A stretch of 64,000 bases of DNA from Myxococcales bacterium (GCA_023248595.1 JAHFEG010000010.1:1092-65091), one strand, 5' to 3'; numbered from the stretch's first letter, positions 11,403 to 21,373 are shown. Notes: a model not told the origin generated them from the sequence alone. Made by a program: numbers and translations.

Positions 11403-12584
11403 ATGTCAATGAGTAACTCAAGAATTCCAGGATTTTATCGCTTATCTTTAGAGGAGCGTCGCCAAGAAATTGCGCAGCGTTTGCAGATAGAAAAAGAAGC
11501 ATTTCATGCATTGTCACTGCCTTTGGGGCTCTCGCTTGAGGCCGCGGATGGCATGGTGGAGAATGCCATTGGTGTTTTAGGGTTACCTGTTGGTGTTGCC
11601 GCTAATTTTATGATTGATGGCGAAGCTGTTTTAGTGCCAATGGCGATTGAAGAGCCCAGCGTCATTGCTGCTGCAAGTCACATGGCAAAAATTGTTGCTT
11701 TGTCGGGCGGGTTTCAAACAAAAGTTGATGCGTCGATCATGATTGGGCAGATCCAAATTATGGACGTGTTAGACATGGATGCCGCCTGTTATCTTATTAA
11801 ACATCATCGAGAAGATTTGCTGAAAACGGCCAATGGTTTTTGTGAAGGGATGAAAAAAAGGGGAGGCGGCTGTGTAGACGTGGTTCCTCGTGTTTTCCCC
11901 GGGATGCTCGTCGTGCATGTTCATGTTGATTGCTGCGACGCCATGGGTGCCAATATTGTTAATACCATTGTGGAAAGTTTAGCCCCCACTTTAGCCTCTC
12001 TTGTGCAAGGTCGAATAGGATTTTGCATCTTATCTAATTTAGCAGATAAACGTTTATCTAGAGCTTATTGTTCGATTCCATATCGTTTGCTGGCAATGGA
12101 TAAAAATAGCGACGATGGGCGTGAAGTAGCCATGCGGATCGTCGAAGGTTATCGGTTTGCCTGCTTAGATCCTTATCGTGCCGCGACCCATAATAAAGGC
12201 ATCATGAATGGAATAGATGCAGTAGCAATTGTGACGGGAAATGATTGGCGTGCACTGGAAGCGGGGGCCCATGCGTATGCTTGCCGCACAGGAAAATATA
12301 CCAGCCTGACAACATACCAATTAAACGACGATTTAGGTGTTTTAGATTGTGCTATTGAACTGCCTATTGCTGTTGGCGTGATGGGTGGCAGTACCCAATT
12401 GCATCCAACGATTAAGCTATCTTTAAAAATATTAGGTGTTTTTGGAAAAACAGCAAAAAAACTTTCTAGTTTGATGGCAAGTATTGGTTTAGCTCAAAAT
12501 TTAGGGGCCTTAAGAGCACTTGCCTGTGAAGGAATTCAACAAGGTCATATGGCATTACATAATCGAAAAAATGAGAGTAACTAG
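11403..12584 (+). CDS. mvaA: hydroxymethylglutaryl-CoA reductase
   Basis: 393 aa. HMGR motifs 'DAMGANIVNTIVE' and 'GVMGGSTQLHP'. Starts 8 nt after the guaB stop. Confidence 0.8.
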   Translation: MSMSNSRIPGFYRLSLEERRQEIAQRLQIEKEAFHALSLPLGLSLEAADGMVENAIGVLGLPVGVAANFMIDGEAVLVPMAIEEPSVIAAASHMAKIVALSGGFQTKVDASIMIGQIQIMDVLDMDAACYLIKHHREDLLKTANGFCEGMKKRGGGCVDVVPRVFPGMLVVHVHVDCCDAMGANIVNTIVESLAPTLASLVQGRIGFCILSNLADKRLSRAYCSIPYRLLAMDKNSDDGREVAMRIVEGYRFACLDPYRAATHNKGIMNGIDAVAIVTGNDWRALEAGAHAYACRTGKYTSLTTYQLNDDLGVLDCAIELPIAVGVMGGSTQLHPTIKLSLKILGVFGKTAKKLSSLMASIGLAQNLGALRALACEGIQQGHMALHNRKNESN

Positions 12585-12595
12585 GAACCATTTTC

Positions 12596-13582
12596 ATGAA
12601 CCATGAGCAATCTGAAAATTTATCTGGAGGCGCGGACATCGCGTTTAGTTACGCACCAGGCAAAATTATTTTAAGCGGTGAACATGCTGTGGTTTATGGC
12701 TGTCCTGCCATTGCGGCGACGCTGGATCGAGGTGTGCGCATTGCTGTTCAATCGCGCAAATCTGATCAAAAGGGTCCAGTTTTAAAAGCGTCGGGGTTGG
12801 GATTTACTGGTCACGTGCGTCCTGATCCAGATGGAGAAGGTCCTGAAGTTTTGCGTGGAGCATTGGCCAGGTTAATCGAACTTTACGGCGACAGAGTCTG
12901 TGACTTAGAGTTAATGGCTGATAGTGCCATTCCTGCTGGTCGAGGTCTCGGCTCATCGGCTGCGCTTTCTGTGGCGATGATTAGAGGTCTGCATCGTTTT
13001 TTTGAAGAAGCAGTATCACCTGAAGTGGTTGCTGAATTGGCCCTGGCCTTGGAAAAAGTTTTTCATGGAAATCCTTCTGGAATCGATCACACCGTGATTT
13101 CTCAGGGAGGACTTATTTGGTACAAAAAAAATAGCAGTGAACTACGTGTTGAAAAAATAATCCCTAAACGCGCGATGCATTTTGCTGTTGGCTTAACAGG
13201 GCCACATGCTGGAACCAAGCAAGCCGTGCAAGCGTTGCGCAGTCGTGCGTCGCGGCATGAAACACTTTATCAGCATATATTTGCGGGAATTTCTCAAATT
13301 GCCACCGAAATGCGATTGGCGATTAGTGAAGGAAAATTAGCGGCCGTCGGCGAATTGATGAATCTCAACCAAGGCTATTTAAATGCTTTGTCAGTCTCAA
13401 CGCCTGAGTTGGAAAAGCTATGCACAATGGCGCGTGAAAAAGGAGCGCTTGGTGCAAAATTAACTGGTGCAGGTGGTGGTGGCGCGGTCATTGCATTGGT
13501 TGATGACGATCCAAAGCCCATTGTAAATGCTTTTGTGAAGGCCGGATATTTGTCGTTTGCAACTAAATGCGAAACGGAATAA
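12596..13582 (+). CDS. mvk: GHMP-family kinase, probable mevalonate kinase
   Basis: 328 aa. GHMP ATP-binding motif 'PAGRGLGSSAALSVA' and C-terminal 'KLTGAGGGGAVIAL'. Sits directly after the HMGR gene. Confidence 0.7.
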   Translation: MNHEQSENLSGGADIAFSYAPGKIILSGEHAVVYGCPAIAATLDRGVRIAVQSRKSDQKGPVLKASGLGFTGHVRPDPDGEGPEVLRGALARLIELYGDRVCDLELMADSAIPAGRGLGSSAALSVAMIRGLHRFFEEAVSPEVVAELALALEKVFHGNPSGIDHTVISQGGLIWYKKNSSELRVEKIIPKRAMHFAVGLTGPHAGTKQAVQALRSRASRHETLYQHIFAGISQIATEMRLAISEGKLAAVGELMNLNQGYLNALSVSTPELEKLCTMAREKGALGAKLTGAGGGGAVIALVDDDPKPIVNAFVKAGYLSFATKCETE

Positions 13583-13619
13583 AAACCAATTTCACTGCTT
13601 TTTAAAATGAGAGGTCGAG

Positions 13620-14051
13620 ATGCCATATCAGCAGTTTGAAGCGAAGCCAAAAACAAAATTTTCTCCGCGTCAGGGTTGGACGATAGCGCTTTTTAATCCC
13701 AATTTCGCGCAGACATATTATTTGGCTCATGTGGTGCAAATTGATCCTCAGCGTTTTATGAGTTTGGTTGGAGATTATTCTTTTTTGCTGGAACAGGCGA
13801 GAATGTGTCCTGAAGTGCATTTTGCAGCAGTCACAGCTGACGGCGATGAAGTCACAGGGCATGGGGCCATAACAATTTTAGGTAGGTTAAAAGATCTGAA
13901 AAACGAATCAAATGGATTTGTTGCCGCAGTTAATTTACTTAAAAAAAATCAAGTATTTTTAAACGATTCAGGTGTTTTAGTCGAATTCTCTATGCAAAGT
14001 CTGCGGGACTCTCAATCTTTGTTGTCTTGTGGTTTGTCTCTTAAAACTTGA
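13620..14051 (+). CDS. hypothetical protein
   Basis: 143 aa ORF with no recognisable motif. Confidence 0.35.
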   Translation: MPYQQFEAKPKTKFSPRQGWTIALFNPNFAQTYYLAHVVQIDPQRFMSLVGDYSFLLEQARMCPEVHFAAVTADGDEVTGHGAITILGRLKDLKNESNGFVAAVNLLKKNQVFLNDSGVLVEFSMQSLRDSQSLLSCGLSLKT

Positions 14052-14101
14052 TTGACAGCCGGAGAATATCTTGCTCTAAGTCGGGTTCCTTGAAAGTTTG
14101 T

Positions 14102-14176
14102 AGGCGCGTAGCTCAGTGGTAGAGCACTACCTTGACATGGTAGGGGTCGCCGGTTCGAGACCGGCCGTGCCTACCA
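14102..14176 (+). tRNA. tRNA-Val (anticodon GAC)
   Basis: Cloverleaf is readable. 7-bp acceptor stem AGGCGCG/CGUGCCU, D-arm GCUCAGUGGUAGAGC, anticodon loop UUGACAU, T-arm GGUUCGAGACC, encoded CCA. It sits 19 nt upstream of thrS. Confidence 0.85.
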
Positions 14177-14195
14177 TCAATTTGGTAAAATAACG

Positions 14196-16163
14196 ATGAA
14201 TAAAATTACAGTCAAATTGCCAGATGGCGCGATGAAAGAATTGCCTTATGGCAGTACTGCTATGGATTTGGCACAGGTAATCTCTCCGCAATTTGCGAAT
14301 ACTGTCGTTGTTGCCAAGGTTAACAATCAAATTACCGATTTAAGAGATCCGTTGCCAGAGGGTGCCAGCGTCGCGCTTTTTAAGGCTGATTCTCCTGAAG
14401 GAATCGATGTTCTGCGCCATAGTTGCGAACATGTTTTAGCCACGGCAGTGTGCAGATTATTTCCCGGTGCTCAAGTCGCCATGGGTCCTAAAAGTCATGA
14501 TGATGAATTTTATTATGACTTCGATGTGGGGCGTGCCTTTACTCCCGAAGATTTGATCAGCATCGAAAAAGAAATGACAAAGATCATTTCTCAAAAAACA
14601 GCTTTTAGTAAAAAAATGGTTTCCAAAAAAGAAGCCTTAGAAGTTTTTTCTGCTTTAGGCCAAAGATACAAACCAGAAATTTTAGAATGGGTTTTGGCTG
14701 ATGAAGTTAGTATTTATCAAAGCTCTGATTTCGTCGATCTTTGTCGTGGCCCGCATTTACCGCATGCTGGCTTCATTAAAGCTTTTAAATTGCTGAACGT
14801 GTCTGGATCCTATTGGCGCGCTGATTCCAATAGAGAAATGCTGCAGCGTATTTCTGGGATTGCTTTTGCTTCGCAAAAAGAACTGGATGCGTATTTGTAT
14901 CGCATGGAAGAAGCGAAAAAGCGCGATCACCGTAAATTGGGACCGATGCTAGATCTGTTTTCTGTGTCGGATCCTAGTATTGGACCAGGCCTGGTGACTT
15001 GGTTACCCAAAGGCGGTCGTCTTCGTGTTGCCATTGAAGATTTTTCGCGAAAAATGCATTTTGATAATGGCTACGAAATTGTTTTCTCACCACACATTGC
15101 TAAAAGTGATCTCTGGAAAACATCTGGGCATTGGGAATTCTATCGTGACAGCATGTTTTCTCCCATGGATATTGATGGGCAGGAATATGTTCTAAAGCCC
15201 ATGAACTGTCCTTTTCACGTGTTGGCCTATAAAAACCGTCCCCGTAGTTATCGTGATTTGCCTTTACGGTTTGCAGAATTGGGAACAGTGTACCGATATG
15301 AGCTTGCTGGCGTCATGCATGGTCTCATGCGTGTTCGTGGATTTACGCAAGACGATGCACATTTATTTTGTCGGTGGGATCAAATCGATAGCGAGATCGA
15401 TCAGGTGATTGGTTTCGTTTTGCAGATGCTTAAAACGTTTGGATTTACTCAGTTTGAAGTTAATTTGGCAACCAGACCAGAAAAATATGTTGGTTCTGCT
15501 GCTGCTTGGGATCGCGCTGAGGCTGCACTTCTATCTGCTGTCAAAAGGCAAGGGCTTAACTATCAAGTTGATGAGGGTGGTGGCGCTTTTTACGGGCCGA
15601 AGATTGATATTAAATTGCGAGATAGTCTAGATCGATTATGGCAGTGCTCCACAGTGCAGCTCGATTTCAATCTTCCTGATCGATTTGCTTTGGCTTACAC
15701 CAACTCAGACGGTGCTCCAGAGCAACCTGTCATGATCCATCGCGCTTTGCTTGGTTCACTAGAAAGATTTATTGGAATTTTAATCGAAGAATATGCCGGC
15801 GCGTTTCCGATATGGTTGGCGCCAGAGCAAGTGCGGATCTTGACCATTGCTGATCGCCATTTGCCCTATGCACAAGAGTTAAGCGTGCATTTGCGGGCCC
15901 AGGGTTTGCGTGTTCATGTCCCTTCGAGCAGCGATAAGCTCGGAGCTAAGATTCGCGATGCCCAGCTTGCCAAAATTCCCTTGATGCTGATTGTGGGTGA
16001 AGAAGAAGTGGAGAAGGGTGGGGCTGCGCTTCGGCTTCGGTCGGGTGAAGATTTAGGGTTTATGAGCAGGGATGATATTTCTAGCTATTGTGTGGAAGGT
16101 GCTAAAATCCCCATTGCATCAAAAACAGAGCTCTGGCATGAAGAAGATGCAATCGTAATCTAA
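14196..16163 (+). CDS. thrS: threonine--tRNA ligase
   Basis: 655 aa. TGS N-domain, class II core motifs, 'HRALLGSLERFIGILIEE' near the C-terminus. Confidence 0.92.
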   Translation: MNKITVKLPDGAMKELPYGSTAMDLAQVISPQFANTVVVAKVNNQITDLRDPLPEGASVALFKADSPEGIDVLRHSCEHVLATAVCRLFPGAQVAMGPKSHDDEFYYDFDVGRAFTPEDLISIEKEMTKIISQKTAFSKKMVSKKEALEVFSALGQRYKPEILEWVLADEVSIYQSSDFVDLCRGPHLPHAGFIKAFKLLNVSGSYWRADSNREMLQRISGIAFASQKELDAYLYRMEEAKKRDHRKLGPMLDLFSVSDPSIGPGLVTWLPKGGRLRVAIEDFSRKMHFDNGYEIVFSPHIAKSDLWKTSGHWEFYRDSMFSPMDIDGQEYVLKPMNCPFHVLAYKNRPRSYRDLPLRFAELGTVYRYELAGVMHGLMRVRGFTQDDAHLFCRWDQIDSEIDQVIGFVLQMLKTFGFTQFEVNLATRPEKYVGSAAAWDRAEAALLSAVKRQGLNYQVDEGGGAFYGPKIDIKLRDSLDRLWQCSTVQLDFNLPDRFALAYTNSDGAPEQPVMIHRALLGSLERFIGILIEEYAGAFPIWLAPEQVRILTIADRHLPYAQELSVHLRAQGLRVHVPSSSDKLGAKIRDAQLAKIPLMLIVGEEEVEKGGAALRLRSGEDLGFMSRDDISSYCVEGAKIPIASKTELWHEEDAIVI

Positions 16164-16301
16164 TTAAGGGGATGAGTTATCATTAACGGTAATGTAAAAA
16201 ACGCTTCAGGCGGTGGTTTTTCAGGTGACAATACCTTCGGCGGCGCTGCTGGTGGTGGCCCGGGCGGACCCGGTGGTCCTGGTGGTGATGCTGAAAGAGG
16301 C

Positions 16302-16853
16302 ATGAAACGTTCGATGGAGCCACGGATCAATCGGCGTATTCGTGTTCCTGAAGTGCGGGTTGTCATGGAAGACGGCGAACAGCTTGGCGTGCTATCAACC
16401 CAAGATGCTTTGCGTCGTGCTGAGTCATTAGGTCTTGATCTGGTTGAAGTTTCGCCAATGGCAAAGCCTCCTGTCTGCAAGATCATGGATTATGGTAAAT
16501 TTAAATACCAACAAAAGCGAAAAGCTGCAGATGCTAAGAAAAAGCAGCAGGTCATTGAACTCAAAGAAGTTAAATTTCGCCCCAAGACAGATATTCATGA
16601 CTTTGAAGTCAAAGTGAATCGATTACGAAGCTTTTTAGGTGAAGGTAACAAGGGAAAAGTCACCATCATGTTTAGAGGCCGAGAAATTGTCCATCCAGAA
16701 ATTGGTCAAGAAATGTTAAAACGTGTCAGTGAAGCGCTGCATGATGAGGCCCTGATTGAGTCCTCCCCTCGCATGGAAGGGCGGCAGATGGTGATGATTT
16801 TAGCTCCGCAAAAGGCCGGGAGCGGTGGGCAAAAGAAGAAAACAGAAGGTTAG
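16302..16853 (+). CDS. infC: translation initiation factor IF-3 (true start possibly AUU/AUC at 16179-16182)
   Basis: 183 aa from the ATG. Aligns to E. coli IF3 (RINRRIR..., GEQLGVLS, PPVCKIMDYGKF). The upstream 126 nt are in frame and stop-free (see finding). Confidence 0.85.
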   Translation: MKRSMEPRINRRIRVPEVRVVMEDGEQLGVLSTQDALRRAESLGLDLVEVSPMAKPPVCKIMDYGKFKYQQKRKAADAKKKQQVIELKEVKFRPKTDIHDFEVKVNRLRSFLGEGNKGKVTIMFRGREIVHPEIGQEMLKRVSEALHDEALIESSPRMEGRQMVMILAPQKAGSGGQKKKTEG

Positions 16854-16976
16854 TAACATCATTGAGGGATCTTTATCAAAGATGATGAAGCTTTCCCTCT
16901 TGCGCCTTTATTGCGGTCCAGATAGGGTGCAGAAAATTTTAATGGAAATTGGACCGGTTTTTGAAAGGATGTAAAA

Positions 16977-17210
16977 ATGGCGGGCTGTAACAAAGCAAGG
17001 GGTAAAAACAACCCTAAAATGAAGAGTAAGCGCGCGGCGTTAAAGCGGTTTACGGTAACAGCCTCAGGGCTTATTAAACACCCTTCGAAGGGTAAGTCCC
17101 ATTGCTTAAGCAATAAAAGCCGTAAGCGCAAAAGACAGCTTGCTAAAGCTGGTTATCTAAATAAAGGGGACGCTGCTCGCATTGCGAGAGGTCTGACTTA
17201 TTTGTTTTAA
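16977..17210 (+). CDS. rpmI: 50S ribosomal protein L35
   Basis: L35-like 'MKSKRAALKRF...'. The internal Met at 17019 may be the real start. The 16977 ATG has an AAGGA Shine-Dalgarno. Confidence 0.8.
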   Translation: MAGCNKARGKNNPKMKSKRAALKRFTVTASGLIKHPSKGKSHCLSNKSRKRKRQLAKAGYLNKGDAARIARGLTYLF

Positions 17211-17249
17211 GTTTTATGTTTTTGTTTTTGTCAAAGAGGATTAAACACT

Positions 17250-17597
17250 ATGGCTCGGGTAAAAAGAGGCTTTAAAGCAAGGCATCGTCGTAAACGAATT
17301 TTAAAAATGGCCTCAGGTTATTATGGCACGCGCAGTCGCTTATTTCGTACAGCAGTAGAATCAGTCGAGAAAGCGTTGGTCTATGCTTATCGCGATCGTA
17401 AAGTCAAAAAACGCGATTTTAGAAAGCTATGGATCACCAGATTAAATGCAGCAGTTAGAGTTCATGGACTCAGCTACAGTGTGTTCATGGGCAAGCTAAA
17501 AGCCAGCAATATATTGCTTGATCGCCGAGCTCTTGCCGAGTTAGCAGTGTCTGATCCAGCAGGTTTTGCCTCAGTTGTTACTTCCGTAAATGCATAA
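17250..17597 (+). CDS. rplT: 50S ribosomal protein L20
   Basis: 115 aa, '[19 protein letters not shown]...'. Near-collinear with E. coli L20. Confidence 0.92.
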   Translation: MARVKRGFKARHRRKRILKMASGYYGTRSRLFRTAVESVEKALVYAYRDRKVKKRDFRKLWITRLNAAVRVHGLSYSVFMGKLKASNILLDRRALAELAVSDPAGFASVVTSVNA

Positions 17598-17604
17598 ATA
17601 AAAT

Positions 17605-17647
17605 ACCTGAACTGAAATGCTTCGTTTTAGTCAGGTCCTTTATTTGG
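17605..17647 (+). terminator. hairpin (ACCUGA...UCAGGU) followed by U-rich tract between rplT and pheS; terminator or pheST attenuator
   Basis: Inverted repeat acctga(17605-17610)/tcaggt(17631-17636), followed by cctttatttgg. Confidence 0.4.
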
Positions 17648-17693
17648 AACACTGCCTTATATTGGCAAGATAGGCGCTTTTTTATGGACAGGT

Positions 17694-18749
17694 TTGTTTA
17701 TGCGCGACGATGATTTAATAAAGCCGTCTCGTGTCAAAAAGGATCTTGATAAGTTGCGCACAGAGGCGGAGTGTTTGTTGAAAGAAGCGGTTTCCCGGGA
17801 TGAAGTGGAAGCTGTGCGGATTCAATCCTTGGGTAAAAAAGGAAATATTTCGCAGATTTTGAAACTCATGGGCCAGTTTCCTGCAGAAGAGCGCAAAGAA
17901 CTTGGCAAGCTTGCCAATGAAGCACGCGACTTTGTTGAAGACTTAATTGCAAAAAGTTTCGAACGCCTTGAGAAAAAAGCGCGTCAAAAAACCTTAAGTG
18001 GACAAATAGATGTGACGCTGCCTGGCAGAAAGCCACAGCAAGGGCATAAGCATCCGTTAACACTGACTTCTGAAAAAATCTTAAACGTGTTGCAAAATCT
18101 TGGGTTTGATTTAGTTCAAGGCCCGGAAATTGAACACGATTTTTATAATTTTGAAGCCTTGAATGTTCCCTCTGATCATCCTGCTCGAGAAATGCAAGAT
18201 ACTTTTTATGTCGATAAAGATGTGGTTTTACGTACCCAAACAAGTCCAGTACAAATACGAACCATGCTTTCGCTAAAAGAGATACCTATTCGTATTGCTA
18301 GCATGGGAAGAGTTTATCGCAGAGATCAAGATGTGACGCATTCTCCTATTTTTCACCAAATTGAAGGTTTATTTGTCGACAAGTCAGTCACTTTTTCTGA
18401 TTTAAAAGGCACTTTAACCACGTTTGTAGAAAAAGTTTTTTCTGAAAAAGCCCGTATTCGTATGCGGCCTAGTTATTTTCCTTTTACTGAACCATCTGCT
18501 GAAGTGGATATGAGCTGCTTCCAGTGTGATGGCGCAGGTTGTCGTTTATGCAAAGGAACAGGCTTTATTGAAATTTTAGGCGCCGGAATGGTGGATCCTG
18601 AAGTGTTTAAAGCATCCGGTTTTGATCCAGAAAAAGTTTCTGGATTTGCTTTTGGTATTGGCGTAGAACGTGTGGCAATGCTGAAATATGGCATTTCAGA
18701 CATTAGACACTTCTACGAAAACGATTTGCGTTTCTTGGCTCAGTTTTAA
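17694..18749 (+). CDS. pheS: phenylalanine--tRNA ligase alpha subunit
   Basis: 351 aa. Collinear with E. coli PheS (FRPSYFPFTEPSAEVD, GFAFGIGVERVAMLKYGI). Confidence 0.92.
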   Translation: MFMRDDDLIKPSRVKKDLDKLRTEAECLLKEAVSRDEVEAVRIQSLGKKGNISQILKLMGQFPAEERKELGKLANEARDFVEDLIAKSFERLEKKARQKTLSGQIDVTLPGRKPQQGHKHPLTLTSEKILNVLQNLGFDLVQGPEIEHDFYNFEALNVPSDHPAREMQDTFYVDKDVVLRTQTSPVQIRTMLSLKEIPIRIASMGRVYRRDQDVTHSPIFHQIEGLFVDKSVTFSDLKGTLTTFVEKVFSEKARIRMRPSYFPFTEPSAEVDMSCFQCDGAGCRLCKGTGFIEILGAGMVDPEVFKASGFDPEKVSGFAFGIGVERVAMLKYGISDIRHFYENDLRFLAQF

Positions 18750-18764
18750 GCTGTTGGATGTGAG

Positions 18765-20951
18765 ATGCTTCTTAGCTTCAAGTGGTTATCAGAATTCGTA
18801 GAGTTACCTTCAGGATTATCAGCGAAAGATATTGCTGATCAATTAACGATGGGTGGCTTGGAAGTTGAAAATTGTGAAGAAAACCTTCAACTTGAAGATA
18901 AAATTCTTGAAGTCAAAATCACACCAAATCGGCCTGATGCGTTAAGCCACATTGGTATTGCTCGAGAATTAGCGGCACTTTTACAAACTCGGTTCTATGC
19001 ACCTCATTCAACAATCAAAGAATTGGGTGGACCTATTAACGATGTTGCACAAGTGAGCGTGCACGCAAAAAATGCGTGTTTGCGTTATGCCTGTCGCGTT
19101 ATCGATGGCGTGCAAGTGAAAGAAAGCTCTGAAGATGTGCGCTTGCGCTTATCTGCGTTGGGAATTCGTCCCATTAATAATATCGTTGATGTTACCAATT
19201 TAATTTTGCTTGAAAGAGGCCAGCCTCTGCATGCATTTGATCTCATGACGCTGCAAAAGGATCGTCATCGTGTTGCCATCAATGTAAGGCAAGCGCAAGC
19301 AGGCGAGAAAATAATAACACTCGATGGTAAAGAACGGAAATTAACACCTGAAGATTTGGTGATTGCCGATGGAGAATTTCCGATTGCCTTGGCAGGTATC
19401 ATTGGCGGTAAAGATAGCGAGGTGACAGAGCAAACCACAAGTGTTTTGCTTGAATCTGCCTATTTTGATCCCTCAACAATTCGAAAAATGGCGAGAAGGC
19501 ATGGACTAAGCACGGAAGCGAGTTATCGTTTTGAGCGCGGTACAGATCCCAATATGGTGATGTCGGCATTGGATAGAGCCGCCGATTTGATTGCTCAGCT
19601 TTCTGGTGGACGTGTTCGTCGTGAAGCCATTGATATTTATCCAAAGCCCGTTGCTCCCTTAGAAATTTATGTGCGCAAACAAAGAATTGCTGAGGTTTCT
19701 GGTCTATTAGAAGCAGATTTGGATGAAGCGAAAATTCGTTCCCGATTTTTATTGCTCGGAATTGAAACAGTCGGGCGCAGAGGCGATGCTTTAATTTTCC
19801 GTGTTCCTACCTTTCGCCCAGACCTGACACGGGAAATCGATTTAATTGAAGAGGCGATGCGTCTGATTGGCTTGGATAAAATACCTTCCAGGTTATCATT
19901 TAGCAGGCGCATGCTTGCAGTTGATCACGCGGGTTCTGATAAATATGTCGATAAGGCGCGGCAGTCTCTCGTGGCTTCAGGATTTTTTGAGGCAATTAAT
20001 TTTTCTTTTGGATCAAAGCACGACTTTAATTTATTTAAATCTAAAGATAGCGCTGACTTTATTCAGGTGAATAATCCGCTGGGCGAAGAATTAAGTTTGA
20101 TGCGCCAATCCCTGCTGCCCGGTTTGTTGAAAAATGTTGTGTTTAATATGCGCAAAGGGGCGCAGGGCGTTCATCTATTCGAAATTGGAAATGTTTTTTT
20201 AGGCCAAAATCCCCATGGCAAAGTGCCAAATATTGAACTGCTGCAAGGAAAAGCAGACCAAGATGCTTGGGCCATTGAACAATCACGCTTAAGTGGCGTG
20301 AGCTATGGAACTTTAGGGGTTCAGTCATTCGATACCAAGCTTAAAGCTGGAGATTTTTATGATCTCAAAGGGGCTTTGGAGGCGCTGTTGGCTCAGCTGA
20401 AAATATCTTCTGGGTGTATATCGGATCAAGTGCATTTTATTCATCCCAAAGAGCCTCCTGTATTTTTACATCCGGGTGTTTGTGCTGAAATCTGGGTGAA
20501 GCCAAAAAAATCCAAAGTAGAGATTTTATTGGGAGTGATTGGCGAAATCCATCCTGATATTCAAGCGGCGTTTGGGTTAGATAAGCCCGTTTATGCTTTT
20601 GAATTAAATATGGATCAATTGGCTCTATTGTCAAAAGAAGATGAACAGGCAAAGCCGCTGTCTAAATTTCCTGAAATCACCAGGGATTTAGCCCTTTTAC
20701 TTGATGAAGAGATCACCGCAGGCCAGCTTCAGATGGAAATATTAAATGACAAAGCAATTAAGCCTTTTATAAATGATTTGCGTATTTTTGATGTTTATAA
20801 AGGTCCCAAGATCGAAAAAGGTAAAAAATCGATTGCGGTTTCTTTAACGCTGAGAGCTCTGGACCGCACTTTGACGGATGATGAAGTGGCGGGGGCAATG
20901 CAGCCAATGATTGAAAATTTGCAAAAAAACTTGAAGGCATTGGTTCGTTAA
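18765..20951 (+). CDS. pheT: phenylalanine--tRNA ligase beta subunit (lacks the N-terminal tRNA-binding OB insert)
   Basis: 728 aa. B3/B4, B5 and FDX-ACB domains are recognisable. About 70 aa shorter than E. coli PheT at the N-terminus. Confidence 0.9.
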   Translation: MLLSFKWLSEFVELPSGLSAKDIADQLTMGGLEVENCEENLQLEDKILEVKITPNRPDALSHIGIARELAALLQTRFYAPHSTIKELGGPINDVAQVSVHAKNACLRYACRVIDGVQVKESSEDVRLRLSALGIRPINNIVDVTNLILLERGQPLHAFDLMTLQKDRHRVAINVRQAQAGEKIITLDGKERKLTPEDLVIADGEFPIALAGIIGGKDSEVTEQTTSVLLESAYFDPSTIRKMARRHGLSTEASYRFERGTDPNMVMSALDRAADLIAQLSGGRVRREAIDIYPKPVAPLEIYVRKQRIAEVSGLLEADLDEAKIRSRFLLLGIETVGRRGDALIFRVPTFRPDLTREIDLIEEAMRLIGLDKIPSRLSFSRRMLAVDHAGSDKYVDKARQSLVASGFFEAINFSFGSKHDFNLFKSKDSADFIQVNNPLGEELSLMRQSLLPGLLKNVVFNMRKGAQGVHLFEIGNVFLGQNPHGKVPNIELLQGKADQDAWAIEQSRLSGVSYGTLGVQSFDTKLKAGDFYDLKGALEALLAQLKISSGCISDQVHFIHPKEPPVFLHPGVCAEIWVKPKKSKVEILLGVIGEIHPDIQAAFGLDKPVYAFELNMDQLALLSKEDEQAKPLSKFPEITRDLALLLDEEITAGQLQMEILNDKAIKPFINDLRIFDVYKGPKIEKGKKSIAVSLTLRALDRTLTDDEVAGAMQPMIENLQKNLKALVR

Positions 20952-21035
20952 ATCGTAAAATATACTTTTTAGAGATTTGACTTTTCTAAGGCTTTAGGTT
21001 CTCCTTATAGGAGAAGACCTTAAAGGGAGGAAAGT

Positions 21036-21362
21036 GTGGCAGAGCAAATTGATCATCAAGGCCGAACATTAACAAAGGCTGAGATTGTAGAAAGCGTGCA
21101 TCGAAAAATAGGTTTTTCGAAAAAAGATTCAAACGAAATTGTTGAAAAAATATTTGAAATTTTAAAACGAACTCTGGAAAAAGGGGAGTCGGTTAAACTT
21201 TCAGGTTTTGGCAAATTCGAGGTGAGAAGTAAACGATCAAGGAGGGGTAGAAACCCACAAACAGGTCAAGAGATGGAAATTACTGCACGTCGGGTTTTAT
21301 CTTTTCGGCCTAGCCAAATTCTTCGCAGTGTTTTGCTAGATAAAAATTCAGGCAATCGATAA
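21036..21362 (+). CDS. ihfA: integration host factor alpha subunit
   Basis: 108 aa. 'GFGKFEVRSKRSRRGRNPQTGQEMEITARRV'. GTG start preceded by an AGGGAGG Shine-Dalgarno. Confidence 0.88.
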   Translation: MAEQIDHQGRTLTKAEIVESVHRKIGFSKKDSNEIVEKIFEILKRTLEKGESVKLSGFGKFEVRSKRSRRGRNPQTGQEMEITARRVLSFRPSQILRSVLLDKNSGNR

Positions 21363-21373
21363 GGATGTGAAGT

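Noticed and set aside
16160-16486. Minus-strand ORF encoding a collagen-like PPGPPGPPGPP peptide
   Set aside because: It is the reverse complement of the Gly-rich infC leader and overlaps the infC 5' region. It has no independent support, so it is a shadow ORF.
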